DNA of 42,720 nucleotides, from IMG/VR virus record IMGVR_UViG_3300024310_000015, positions 1-42,720 of that record, one strand, 5' to 3'. Under the pieces are notes generated by a model that had not been told where the DNA came from, ran no database searches, and saw only the letters and a list, made by a program, of their open reading frames with translations. Each line of letters starts with the position of its first letter. Positions within the stretch are counted from its first letter, which is position 1. The translations under genes and the position numbers were made by a program. The DNA is from a virus (taxonomy: Duplodnaviria; Caudoviricetes). Below are positions 1 to 9,321 of this stretch, piece after piece.

Positions 1-182
1 ATGTGGCTGATTTCCGTCTGCATCACGGCCAGCGTGGTTCCGAAGCCTGACAGGGCCTCCACTTCCTTCTCCAGCGTCTTCACCCGCTGAAGCAGGGCTC
101 CCCACGCTATTCCGCCCGTCACCAGCATGACCCCGATAGCCAGGATCATCTGTCCAAGGCTGACGCCCGAAGCGAGGTCCAT
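1..182 (-). CDS. Small membrane protein (one TM helix then coiled coil), holin/XhlA-like; truncated at window edge
   Basis: Read by hand: MDLASGVSLGQMILAIGVMLVTGGIAWGALLQRVKTLEKEVEAL...; ATG directly after the stop of the 183..362 ORF. Confidence 0.7.
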   Translation of the reverse strand, partial: MDLASGVSLGQMILAIGVMLVTGGIAWGALLQRVKTLEKEVEALSGFGTTLAVMQTEISH

Positions 183-362
183 TCAGCTATCCGCCCGATA
201 GATGATCTGAGAGGAGGTGTGGGCGGTCTGCTTGCCGACCGGCGCGGGCGCAGCGCCGGTCGGACGGACCACGGCGTACATGGTGACCTTGCTCGCCACG
301 AGCTTGTCGTTGGTCGGCCCCACGACCGCGTAGAGCGTGACCTTTGCGGCGTCGAGGCTCAT
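183..362 (-). CDS. 59-aa hypothetical virion-module protein with internal repeat (not in ORF track)
   Basis: MSLDAAKVTLYAVVGPTNDKLVASKVTMYAVVRPTG...RADS*; ATGA overlap with upstream gene, abuts downstream ATG. Confidence 0.75.
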   Translation of the reverse strand: MSLDAAKVTLYAVVGPTNDKLVASKVTMYAVVRPTGAAPAPVGKQTAHTSSQIIYRADS

Positions 363-1315
363 GTGATCCCCTTCAGGCCGTAGTGGGTCGCGGTGGCGTT
401 CGCAGCCGTCCAGGCAGCGGATGTGTTGGGATCGGTCGGCCAGCTATAGAAGACGTTGGAATAGCCGTTGTTGCCGGCCTTGGTGGTGGAGACGTAGTTG
501 CTGGTCGAGTCCATCACGAGTTGGACGTTCTGGAGGCCCGTCGCTCCGACCTTGATCCTCGCCGCAACCCCCAACGCCAGCACATCGTAGCCGGTGAAGT
601 CGGTGGAGTGGTCGAAGGTCTTGACGTTGCCGTTGGTGCTTAGGCTGACGAAATTCGCGTCGTTGGACACCGCCTCGTTGATGTCGGTGTAAGCGCCCGT
701 CCCATCGTTGTTGTCGCCCACGCCTGTCGCGGGGCAGGTGATAACCCTGCACCCCGCGGTCGGCTCGTCAGCCACGATGATCTGTGACCAGCGCCCTGTT
801 CCGCCCGTCCGCAGGTGCGCTTTCCGCAGGCTGGCGAACGAGGTCATGGACGCCGAACCGCTGGCGCGACGCGTGCCGGCGACGTACAATTCCGCCGACC
901 CCGAGCCGCCCGGGATCACCTTCAGGTCGAGTTCCTGAAGTTCGGAGTTGGCCACCACGTAGGGCGAGCCGATAGCGACCCACGACGCTCCCGAGAGGTA
1001 GTACATCTGAAGCGACTGCCAGAGGATGTCGCCCCCAGCGGCTACCGCATTGAGCCGAAAGCTTTCCGTGCCCGACCCGTCGAGGAGACTGATCAATGGG
1101 GTTTCCGCGAAGACGTTGCCCCGGTAGAGGCCGTGTATCCAGTAGGTGGTGAGGTTCGATCCAGGGTCCACTTCGCCATAGGACTCGGTGCCCTGAACCC
1201 GGACAGCCGCCCGCGAAAACGTCGGGTCGAAATAGCTGTTGTCGGTGATCTCGAACACGGTGCTGTCCGACGCCAGCATCACGTCCGTTTCGCTGCCGTA
1301 GACGTAAAGAGTCAT
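359..1315 (-). CDS. Tail/receptor-binding accessory protein, beta-rich (lectin-like)
   Basis: 318 aa, Ser/Thr/Gly-rich, ATGA-coupled to tail adaptor gene. Confidence 0.65.
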   Translation of the reverse strand: MTLYVYGSETDVMLASDSTVFEITDNSYFDPTFSRAAVRVQGTESYGEVDPGSNLTTYWIHGLYRGNVFAETPLISLLDGSGTESFRLNAVAAGGDILWQSLQMYYLSGASWVAIGSPYVVANSELQELDLKVIPGGSGSAELYVAGTRRASGSASMTSFASLRKAHLRTGGTGRWSQIIVADEPTAGCRVITCPATGVGDNNDGTGAYTDINEAVSNDANFVSLSTNGNVKTFDHSTDFTGYDVLALGVAARIKVGATGLQNVQLVMDSTSNYVSTTKAGNNGYSNVFYSWPTDPNTSAAWTAANATATHYGLKGIT

Positions 1316-1974
1316 GCGTCGAGGTCCGCGATCAGGGTGAAGTTGAAGTCATTGGCGGTGGCGTCGGCCACGGCAGGCCCGAAGGCTTTCAGGGTGTCAC
1401 CGATGACGAAGGACTGGACGGCGCCTGCGGTGGAGGCGAAGGCAAACGTGGCGTTGGTCGCGATGGTGACGGTCCCTACCGCCGTGCCGGTGGATGAGCT
1501 GGTGGCGTTCTTGCGAAGGGTGATGATGAACGACGCCGTGGGCGCGGTGTCGCAGGAGCCGAACGCCCCGCCGAAGTTGGCCGGGAAGCTGACCGCTTTA
1601 GTGAAACTGTGCGCGCCCAGCCTGCCGGACGACGCGGGCGGCGTCGTGGCGGTGAAGAACACATCGGTGATGTAGCTGCCGGTGAAAGTATCGGACGAAC
1701 CGGAGCCGACCGTGATATTGTCGGCGGTGTAGAAGACCACCCCATCCGGGGTCGCGAAGTCCAGCCGATAAGCAAGGCTCGTGTCCAGATAGCACGCCCA
1801 CTGGCCTGACGCGTCGAGCACTACCGGGTTGGTGTTCTCAGTACCCAGCCCGTCCGAGTAGGTAACGAGCGGCGTCGTTGTGGTTGCTGAATAGGTGTAG
1901 ACAAACCCCCCAGCGTTTAGAACGCCATCCGGGTCAACGACCACATCGCGCAGGTCAAGTTTCGCAAGCGCCAT
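1312..1974 (-). CDS. Tail fibre/spike virion-attachment (adaptor) protein
   Basis: N-terminal VYTYSATTTTPLVTYSD...NTNPVVLDASG motif typical of podophage fibre head-binding domains. Confidence 0.75.
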   Translation of the reverse strand: MALAKLDLRDVVVDPDGVLNAGGFVYTYSATTTTPLVTYSDGLGTENTNPVVLDASGQWACYLDTSLAYRLDFATPDGVVFYTADNITVGSGSSDTFTGSYITDVFFTATTPPASSGRLGAHSFTKAVSFPANFGGAFGSCDTAPTASFIITLRKNATSSSTGTAVGTVTIATNATFAFASTAGAVQSFVIGDTLKAFGPAVADATANDFNFTLIADLDA

Positions 1975-2002
1975 GCGGTCGCTCCTGTGTTAGGCTGTAC
2001 GG

Positions 2003-2143
2003 ATGGAGTGGTTTCGGCTGTTCAAACCGCCAGAATGGTCTGACTGGTCGCCGGCTGACCGGCTGGCCTATGTCGTGTCGTTGACGGCGCTGCTAAGCTT
2101 GGCGGCGCTCGGCGCGTGGAAGCTTCACGAGCTTATCGCCTAG
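2003..2143 (+). CDS. 46-aa antisense membrane peptide, probably leaderless (not in ORF track)
   Basis: MEWFRLFKPPEWSDWSPADRLAYVVSLTALLSLAALGAWKLHELIA*; TGT-TAGGCT (1991-1996) 6 nt before ATG; fills the intergenic gap. Confidence 0.65.
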   Translation: MEWFRLFKPPEWSDWSPADRLAYVVSLTALLSLAALGAWKLHELIA

Positions 2144-4211
2144 CGAGCGGGTTGCTGTTGCGGGCCGGGACGTTGCGGCTTCGCAACATGGCGGCGGTTT
2201 CTTCCGGCGACTGCATCAGGATGCGGCCAACCTCATTGCGGGTCGCTTGGTCAATCGGGGTAACTGCCCCACGGACGGGCGCGGCCAGCGCGTTCACGAG
2301 CGCGCCAGCGGCTTTGAAGGGGCGCCCGGCGAGCAAGTGACCGCCCGCCCGCATTGCGCCATCGCCAAGCGCGTTATCCATCTCCCCGCCCGCCATCGTG
2401 GCTTCCGCCGTGGTCGAGTTTACGCCGGGGCGGATGCGGTTGCCGGTGGCTGCAAGTTTGGCCTGGATCTGGACCCGGCGAATGATCTCGTCGGCGGCGT
2501 CCTGGCCGAACGCGGTGGCGAGCTTCTGGCGGACGGCCGGGACCAGCAGGCGACCGGGGCGAAGCTGGCCGTTCTGCGCCTTGTTGAAGATTTCCGCCGC
2601 GAGAGCGTCCTTGGCGGCCGACATCTCGGCTGGCGACTTCCACGACTGCCAGAGCTTTTCAAATTGCGCGGGCGTCGTCTTGGTCGAGAACAGCGAACCG
2701 GACGTGCGCTGGAACGCACCTTGCACAGACAGGTAGTCACCAGAGGTCGCCAGCGCCTCGGCGTATCCGGGGATATGGGTCTTGAGTGCATCCGTCAGCG
2801 CGCGCTCAGCGGCGGCCACGCCGAAGTTGCCCTGGCTCTGCGTGTCGGGGAGCGGCTTGCCGGTGATCGGGTTGCGCTCGATCTGGCGGCTGATCGCCTT
2901 CTTGACCGCATCCCACGCCTCGGCGGTCGGGCGCGGAACGCCAACCGTGGTTGTGGTGGTCGTCGGGGGCGAGGCGATCGTGCGGCCAGGCTGCACTTGG
3001 CGGGGAGCCGTTTCGGTCTTCAGGATCGCCTCAAGCGCGGTCGGGTCCTTGCCGGCGTTCTTCAGGTCATCAATCACATGGCCTATGGCCTTGCGGATTA
3101 CCGGGCGGTTCTTCACCAAGTCCGCGAGGTCGGGGTTCCACACGGGATCTGGGCTTGCCAGCGCCGCGTCGAATAGCGGCTTGGCGCGCTTGCGGCCCGC
3201 ATCCACGATGGCGTCAATGCCGCCCTGCGCGCCTTCCGGGGTCACCTTGGCGACCGAACTCAGATGACCAAGCAGGCGGTCGGGCGCGCCCTCGGCCCGG
3301 TTGGTGAACATGCCGTCCGCAATGTCGCCCGTCGTGCCGGTGCGGCGGGCCAGGGCGGTTGCCTGCGCCACGCCGGTTCGGCCAAGCGCCTCGGCCGTCG
3401 TCACCGGCTCGCCAACGGCAAGGCCGGGGTGCGCCTCCATCTGTTCGGGCGTGACCTTGGCCTTGGCGGCGAGGTCCGCGACATAATCTAGCGCCCGCTT
3501 CTGGGCTTGCGGCGTAACGGCGGCCTCGGGAACCTCGTGGCCGAAGTTCTGGGCGACCTGCTGGCCGGTGGCGACGGCTGCGGAGCCTGCCCGCCTGGCG
3601 GCTCCGGGGATCGCCCGCACAGCCCCGACAGCGGCGGGCAAGGCCGCGCCCAGCACCGCGCCGGACGCGCCGCCCACAGCGGCCCCCTTGGCTCGATTGC
3701 CGAGGCCGTCTTGCGCGGACCCTGCCCCGTATAGAGCTCCGAGGCCCGCCCCGACCTGCGCGGAGCGAACGGTTGCTTGGGCGAGGCTGTTGGCCCCTCG
3801 GACATACCCAGCGCCCGGCGCCGCAAGGCCAACGCCGAAGCCCGCCACGCCGCCTGCGTTGCGCGCCAAGGGACGTTCAACCCTGTCCTGCGCTGCAAGA
3901 GAGTTCTGGACCTGGCGAACCTCCTTGTAGGGCCTGCCGGTGCCCAGCGCGACCACGCCAGCCGCCGCCTCATCGAGGAACGGGATTTGCTCCGTCGCGG
4001 ACTGTGCGAACGCGCCCACCTGATCCCACAGGCTGGATTTCTTGGCAGGCTTGGTCGGAGCGGGCGGGCTCAGATGCTGAACAATCTCGGTGTCCGAGTA
4101 TCCAGCCTTGCGCGCGCCCGCCACATCGAACTTGGATTGCTGACCCAGATAGTCCGCAATCTCAGCGTCCGAGTATCCGGCCTTCTTGGCTCCAGCAGCG
4201 TCAAAAGCCAC
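2133..4211 (-). CDS. DNA ejection (internal virion) protein
   Basis: 692 aa, Ala/Gly-rich; duplicated N-terminal FDxAGAxKAGYSDxEI repeat; third gene of a P22 gp7/gp20/gp16-like cluster. Confidence 0.75.
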   Translation of the reverse strand: MAFDAAGAKKAGYSDAEIADYLGQQSKFDVAGARKAGYSDTEIVQHLSPPAPTKPAKKSSLWDQVGAFAQSATEQIPFLDEAAAGVVALGTGRPYKEVRQVQNSLAAQDRVERPLARNAGGVAGFGVGLAAPGAGYVRGANSLAQATVRSAQVGAGLGALYGAGSAQDGLGNRAKGAAVGGASGAVLGAALPAAVGAVRAIPGAARRAGSAAVATGQQVAQNFGHEVPEAAVTPQAQKRALDYVADLAAKAKVTPEQMEAHPGLAVGEPVTTAEALGRTGVAQATALARRTGTTGDIADGMFTNRAEGAPDRLLGHLSSVAKVTPEGAQGGIDAIVDAGRKRAKPLFDAALASPDPVWNPDLADLVKNRPVIRKAIGHVIDDLKNAGKDPTALEAILKTETAPRQVQPGRTIASPPTTTTTTVGVPRPTAEAWDAVKKAISRQIERNPITGKPLPDTQSQGNFGVAAAERALTDALKTHIPGYAEALATSGDYLSVQGAFQRTSGSLFSTKTTPAQFEKLWQSWKSPAEMSAAKDALAAEIFNKAQNGQLRPGRLLVPAVRQKLATAFGQDAADEIIRRVQIQAKLAATGNRIRPGVNSTTAEATMAGGEMDNALGDGAMRAGGHLLAGRPFKAAGALVNALAAPVRGAVTPIDQATRNEVGRILMQSPEETAAMLRSRNVPARNSNPLARR

Positions 4212-4215
4212 GGCG

Positions 4216-6033
4216 CTACCTCTTGAAGCTGGACAGGGGCGGGCGGCGACCGGCAGGCGCGTTGGAGGTGGGATTTGACCGCTCCAGGGCCGCGCGGGTT
4301 TCGGGCAACAGCTTGTCCTCGAAATCAGCCCGCCCGGTCGTGTTCTTGTATTGCAGCCGCAGGCCGTTCAACTGTCCCGCGAGGAGATGCTTATACGTTT
4401 CGATTACGCCCGCGAGTTGTTGCGGCGACGAACTGTTGCTGATCGCCGCTTGCGCCTTCTCGCGGTCGGCCACGCCGCCTCCAGCGCCCACGATGCCCTT
4501 GACGATTTCGTCGGCGACGATTTGTTTGGCGGCCTCAAAATTGGCCGGCGCCGGATTGCCCGTCTGCTCTTTCCACTTTTGCCCCGCACGGTTCAGGAGC
4601 TGAATGTTCCCGTTCCCCAAGGCTCCCGACAACTCGCCGAGCGTCGATAGGTGGTCAATCGAGACGTTCAGGGAGTTGATGGTCTGCCCTTGCTTGCCGG
4701 TGCCAAACGCAGTCGTAGCCTGCCGCTCCTTGTTGAGGTTCGCATTGAACTGCGAGATGTCTTCAGCGGTCGCGTTCGGGTTCTCCGCGATGAACCTCTG
4801 CACCGCCAGGGCTGCGGCGCTACGCGGGGTTCCGCCGCCGCTCATCTTCGATGCGCCGCTTGGGTTGTAGGGCTGGCCGTCGAGGGTCGTGGCCTTGGCG
4901 GTCGCCGGGTTGTAGCGGAACGGCAGATTGGTCTTGGGGTCGATGTAGACATCCCACTTGCCGTCTCCACCACCCTTCACGCGACCGATAGCGCGATAGC
5001 CGGGGATCTGGGGCGCGCCGGAGAGTTCATCGCCGCCAGGGCCGCCTTGGAGCGGGGCTTGGGGGCCGCCCGCCTCCGACACGCGACGCTCCCAGTTCTT
5101 GCCGTTCTGGGCGTAGTCAGGACGCGAGCGATAGTGCTGCAACCGAAGCTGGTTGAACTTCGCCACGTCGCCGCCGGACTGCTGCCACCACTGCATCGCG
5201 CGCTGCGGGCCTTGGTTGACCGCCGCGTCAAACACCGGGCCTTGCGCCTCGGGCGGCAGACTGTCGCCGCCTATCGCGTCCCAATACCGCTGCTTGTAAA
5301 TTTCCTGCGCCTTCTCGGGCGTCAGGTTCTTTACGTCAACGTCGGGGTTGTACTTCTGGTTGATGCCGTAGTTGGCGGGGGCGCCGGAGCGACCGTCGCG
5401 GGCCACGAAGCCGCCCTCGCGCTGCATGAGGTTGCCGATGTGTGCGCCGAAGCCGCCAGCCGGTTGCGGTGACGCGGGTGCTGCCGCCGCTGTCTCGGGC
5501 GCGCTCTCCGGAGCATAGACGAAGTCTCCGTACACCTTCGGTTCGGGGCTACCCTTGCGAAGCGACGTGAGGCTCTGACCGTCCCACGCGTCAAGCTGGC
5601 CGTTCGGCCCCTGGACGAGTTGCTGCTTCTCTTTCGCGGCCGCGCTTCCCAGCCACGTCGTGAACGCTTCCGGCCCCATCGTCTGCCACTGCTGGCGAAG
5701 GGCCGGAACGTGATCGGTCATGCCCTGGGCGGACGCGTACTGCTCGCCCTCGCGCCAGGCCTGTTCTGGATCAGCGCCGGCCTTGATCCGCTTGGCGATG
5801 CCGGTGGCGAGGTTGCCAGCAAACTCCACCTCGTGCTTGTGCTGCGCGTCCGTGTCGGACTGAATGGTCCGCGCCGCCTCAAGCTGACCGCCCCGGTTCA
5901 GGGCGTTGGCCGCGCCGACGCGGTTGCCGTCCGCGATCATCCCGCCAGCCTGACGGGCGAGCGCGTTGTCCTGCCCCGTTTGGAGCATGTCGTTGAACGC
6001 CTTGCGGTCGGCGTAGAAGTTGCTGAGGCTCAT
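4216..6033 (-). CDS. DNA ejection protein with internal GH108 lysozyme domain
   Basis: EGGFV..D..G..NYGI...VKNLT.EKA.EIYK.RYWD....D.LP......FDAAVNQG motif of glycosyl hydrolase 108. Confidence 0.8.
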   Translation of the reverse strand: MSLSNFYADRKAFNDMLQTGQDNALARQAGGMIADGNRVGAANALNRGGQLEAARTIQSDTDAQHKHEVEFAGNLATGIAKRIKAGADPEQAWREGEQYASAQGMTDHVPALRQQWQTMGPEAFTTWLGSAAAKEKQQLVQGPNGQLDAWDGQSLTSLRKGSPEPKVYGDFVYAPESAPETAAAAPASPQPAGGFGAHIGNLMQREGGFVARDGRSGAPANYGINQKYNPDVDVKNLTPEKAQEIYKQRYWDAIGGDSLPPEAQGPVFDAAVNQGPQRAMQWWQQSGGDVAKFNQLRLQHYRSRPDYAQNGKNWERRVSEAGGPQAPLQGGPGGDELSGAPQIPGYRAIGRVKGGGDGKWDVYIDPKTNLPFRYNPATAKATTLDGQPYNPSGASKMSGGGTPRSAAALAVQRFIAENPNATAEDISQFNANLNKERQATTAFGTGKQGQTINSLNVSIDHLSTLGELSGALGNGNIQLLNRAGQKWKEQTGNPAPANFEAAKQIVADEIVKGIVGAGGGVADREKAQAAISNSSSPQQLAGVIETYKHLLAGQLNGLRLQYKNTTGRADFEDKLLPETRAALERSNPTSNAPAGRRPPLSSFKR

Positions 6034-6036
6034 CGG

Positions 6037-6777
6037 TCAGAACCCTGCGAAGGTGGAGCCGAAGCCGCTACCGCCAGTGAAGTCGAAGCCGCTGCCAAAG
6101 CCTCCCCCTCCGGACGCGCCGCCAACCTTGCTGCCGAAGAGGCCGTTCGAGCCGAACAGCGCGTTGCCAAAATCGGCGGCAGCGCCGTATTGGTCGGCTG
6201 TTGCGTTGCCACGGTCGGTGTAGATGCCGTTGCGGGCGGCGGCGCTGCGTTGCAGCAGGTTCGCGTAGCCGCTCTGCGCCAAGGCGTCGCCGTTCGCGGC
6301 CTGCATCCCGTACTGAGCCAGCGCGTTCTTGCGAGCGAATGAGTTCTGGAAATCTTGGGAGGCTAGACCCGCAGCGTTTCGCTGGAGAGCCTTGTAGAAA
6401 CCGCCGGAACCCAACTCGCCCCCCGCCGATGCGCCGCGCTGAGTGGCGTTCTGCATCTCGTCCACGAGGTATTTGTACCCGGGGTCGTCGGAGGTGTAGG
6501 TCGAGCCGGGCGCGATCTGGGCCGCCGCAGATTGGAACGCGTTCGTTCCGCCCTGAAGGAACGGCTGATAGCCTGCGACCGACGAATCCCGCGCCTGCAA
6601 GGCCGCCGCGTCGGAGGTATTGAAGGCGTTCAGGGAGTTCGTGGTCGCCTTCTTCTGTGCGCTCGCCCCGAGGCCGCCAGCGACAGCACTGCCCAGCGCC
6701 GCGCCGACTTGCGGCATCCCGAAGACCGAGCCCACGGCAGCGCCGGCAATCGGCAGCAGCTTCTTGAAAAAGCTCAT
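6037..6777 (-). CDS. DNA ejection/pilot protein (P22 gp7-like)
   Basis: Gly/Ala-rich N-terminus, QPFLQGG and DPGY motifs, position. Confidence 0.75.
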   Translation of the reverse strand: MSFFKKLLPIAGAAVGSVFGMPQVGAALGSAVAGGLGASAQKKATTNSLNAFNTSDAAALQARDSSVAGYQPFLQGGTNAFQSAAAQIAPGSTYTSDDPGYKYLVDEMQNATQRGASAGGELGSGGFYKALQRNAAGLASQDFQNSFARKNALAQYGMQAANGDALAQSGYANLLQRSAAARNGIYTDRGNATADQYGAAADFGNALFGSNGLFGSKVGGASGGGGFGSGFDFTGGSGFGSTFAGF

Positions 6778-6869
6778 GGCCGTTCCTTCAGTTCAAGTCA
6801 AATTGTGTGGTGGTGGCAGCGGGTCTTTCTCCGCGCCGCACAGGTCTATCAACCGATCCGGGAGGACCA

Positions 6870-7202
6870 CTATACTGTCTTCGTCCGTCCTGAAACGGCT
6901 AGAGTAACAACCCCTGCAACTGAGGGGAGCGCGAACAACTGCATCCCGTTTTGCAGGACGTGGCCGCGCAACTCGAACGCCGTCACCGTCGAGCCTGCTG
7001 TGATGGACTTGTTCTTCAGGACCAGATCACCGTCAGATGGTCCGCCACCTGAAGGCGTCCAGATCGACACGGTTGCATCGGTTCCGCTGTTGTTGGTGAG
7101 CGTCACCTGGTCGGTCTGGAAATCAACGCCGTCCGCTGTGTAGAGCGGGGTCAGCGACGTTCCGAGGACGCCTGAGAACGCGCGCTTGAAAGCTAGGGCC
7201 AT
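6870..7202 (-). CDS. Small beta-rich virion protein
   Basis: 110 aa in tail module. Confidence 0.7.
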   Translation of the reverse strand: MALAFKRAFSGVLGTSLTPLYTADGVDFQTDQVTLTNNSGTDATVSIWTPSGGGPSDGDLVLKNKSITAGSTVTAFELRGHVLQNGMQLFALPSVAGVVTLAVSGRTKTV

Positions 7203-7258
7203 GCAACCCCCAGGTGAACGCGCTTCATGGGCTGGGCCTTTCGTGCTTAGGTTGCGGC

Positions 7259-7393
7259 ATGGACGTTGGCGCGATCTTGGTTCTGGCCGTTAAGGCGATT
7301 GTCTGCGGCGGCTTGCTGATCGGGCTCTGGGCCGTGTTTGCGCGGAAAGGCCGGCCGTTCGATCCCAACGACCCCAACGACACGGCGTGGTGA
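7259..7393 (+). CDS. 44-aa antisense membrane peptide, probably leaderless (not in ORF track)
   Basis: MDVGAILVLAVKAIVCGGLLIGLWAVFARKGRPFDPNDPNDTAW*; TAGGTT (7248-7253) 5 nt before ATG; stops 4 nt from the convergent gene. Confidence 0.65.
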   Translation: MDVGAILVLAVKAIVCGGLLIGLWAVFARKGRPFDPNDPNDTAW

Positions 7394-7397
7394 CGGC

Positions 7398-8483
7398 CTA
7401 AGCCAGACCGGCGCTCAGAGCGTCGTACAGCGTGTCCGCGATGGCTTGGGCGCCCGCAGCGTTCGGGTGGGCGTCGTCAAAGCGATACGAAAGCGCTGCG
7501 GTCCTCGTGTTCGAGTGGCCCAACTCGGCCCTCAGATCGACAAAGCTCCAGTCGTAGTCCTCGGCCATGCCGCGCAATAGCCCCGCCATCAGGTCGAGGC
7601 TCCCGTTCGTGGTGCCGGTGGAGTTCGACGGGTAGCCGACCACGAGACAACCGTCGCACGTGGCCGCAATCGCGGAGACATAGGCTTCCATGCTGGCGTA
7701 GTAGGACTGAAGCGCGGTCCCTGCCGTGATGTCGTTGACCGTGCAGTAGATGACCGCGTAGTCCGCCGCGAGCGTGACCGACGCGGGCTTGCTATCCCAC
7801 GCATAGGTCGCGGCGTTCAGGTCGGCGGCCTTGAGCCCGCACCGGCCCCACTGAAGCAGGGACGGGGTATCGGTGCCGTTGAACGTCTCAAACCCGGCGA
7901 CGTACATATTCCCCGTCGCGCCGCCGCCGACCTCGATGTAGTGCGAACTGCCCGCCGCAACCGTGTAGTCGCGGTAGACGTAAGCGATGCTCCCGACCTG
8001 GCTGAGGGTGTCCACCAGGGTTCCGTCAATCGAGACGGTCAGGGCGGTCGCAAGGCCCGAGGATGTCGGATAGTAGACCCGGAACTTGGTGATGTCGGTC
8101 GCGCCGGGCGTGAACCGCAGTTTCCCCGCCGACCCCGCGACGGCCCTGAAGAACCGCCCGCCGGGGATGATCGAGACGTTGTTGTCGGGCGCCCAGCCGC
8201 TCCCGAGGGTCAGGCGGGCGTCATAGGTGTCATAGGTCGGCAGGCTGTTGGCGGCCAGCAGGTTCTGGTCTCCGAACAGGTGATCCGCCCGATACCCGGT
8301 CAGCGCGGCAAACCTTGCGGTGAGGCTGGTGGACCAAGCCCCGCCCAACTTCTCGGCGCCAGTGGCCCCGCTGCCGGCGCCGACAACGTTGCTGTCACCG
8401 ATGACCGCCAGCCGCGCCGGGGCGGTGGCTCCCCGAGCCCTCGCCGCCTGCCATTTGGCGAAACTTCCCGCGCGTGCATCCAT
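7398..8483 (-). CDS. SGNH/GDSL hydrolase (esterase), tail-associated
   Basis: IGDS block I, TVND block III, DDAHPN block V; start reassigned to ATG 8483. Confidence 0.85.
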   Translation of the reverse strand: MDARAGSFAKWQAARARGATAPARLAVIGDSNVVGAGSGATGAEKLGGAWSTSLTARFAALTGYRADHLFGDQNLLAANSLPTYDTYDARLTLGSGWAPDNNVSIIPGGRFFRAVAGSAGKLRFTPGATDITKFRVYYPTSSGLATALTVSIDGTLVDTLSQVGSIAYVYRDYTVAAGSSHYIEVGGGATGNMYVAGFETFNGTDTPSLLQWGRCGLKAADLNAATYAWDSKPASVTLAADYAVIYCTVNDITAGTALQSYYASMEAYVSAIAATCDGCLVVGYPSNSTGTTNGSLDLMAGLLRGMAEDYDWSFVDLRAELGHSNTRTAALSYRFDDAHPNAAGAQAIADTLYDALSAGLA

Positions 8484-8485
8484 GC

Positions 8486-8899
8486 TTAGGTCCACCACCT
8501 GAATTGCACATAGGGCGTCATGCCGTCCGCAGCGTCGTAGAAGTCCAGCGTCGAGTCGCTCTGCGCGACCTCAACGGAAAGCGTGTCGCCCGGGGAAACC
8601 GAATAGCGGCGGGTCATGTGATGGCCAGGCGCCCGGTCCAGCGCCTTGTACGAGTGCTGCTCCACGACCGTCCCATTGATCAGCAGGCGCGACATCCGAT
8701 CGGTGTTGGATGTTCCCGACGCCCACGCCAGATGGATCAGCGCATCGACCTTTGTTGCGGTTGACGGGGTGGTGACAATCGTCGGAGAGCCCGCCGACCA
8801 GGCTGCGGCAGGATCGGTGATGGCCGAACTCCAGGGGACTGCCGTGAAGGTGCTCGTGGTGGATAGCGTCGAGGTCCGCTGCAGGATGGTCAGGGACAT
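8486..8899 (-). CDS. gC1q/TNF-like jelly-roll protein, paralog C
   Basis: Start reassigned to ATG 8899 (TGATG overlap); QRTST..PWSSA.TD....GSPTIVT.P..GDTL.VEV.Q..TP...F.W shared with two upstream genes. Confidence 0.75.
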   Translation of the reverse strand: MSLTILQRTSTLSTTSTFTAVPWSSAITDPAAAWSAGSPTIVTTPSTATKVDALIHLAWASGTSNTDRMSRLLINGTVVEQHSYKALDRAPGHHMTRRYSVSPGDTLSVEVAQSDSTLDFYDAADGMTPYVQFRWWT

Positions 8900-9321
8900 C
8901 AGGCGATCCACTTGAATTGGGCGTAAGGCGTGTGGCCCGTCACGGAGCTGTAGAAGAACAGCGCCGCCCCCGATGTCTGGAACACCTCCCAACTGAGCGT
9001 ATCCCCCGAGGTGACGGCAAAGCGGCGCGTGCAGCTGTGCGACGGGGATTGGCCGGTGTCCGACTTCATCGGATAGTTGGCGTCGATGACGGTGCCGTTC
9101 TTCAGGAGACGCACGGCCCGCTCGCCGCTGCCGCCGGCCCACGCCGTATAGATCAGCGCCTCTACGCCGGTAATTCCGCTTGGGACGGTGACGATGGTTG
9201 GAGAACCCCCAGAAAACGCGCCCAGAGGGTCAGTGAGCGCCGAACTCCACGACACCGCCACGAACGCGCCGTTGGAGATGCTTTGAGTGCTGGTGCGCTG
9301 GACGACGGTGAAAGAGGTCAT
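8899..9321 (-). CDS. gC1q/TNF-like jelly-roll protein, paralog B
   Basis: Full-length similarity to both neighbours. Confidence 0.75.
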   Translation of the reverse strand: MTSFTVVQRTSTQSISNGAFVAVSWSSALTDPLGAFSGGSPTIVTVPSGITGVEALIYTAWAGGSGERAVRLLKNGTVIDANYPMKSDTGQSPSHSCTRRFAVTSGDTLSWEVFQTSGAALFFYSSVTGHTPYAQFKWIA

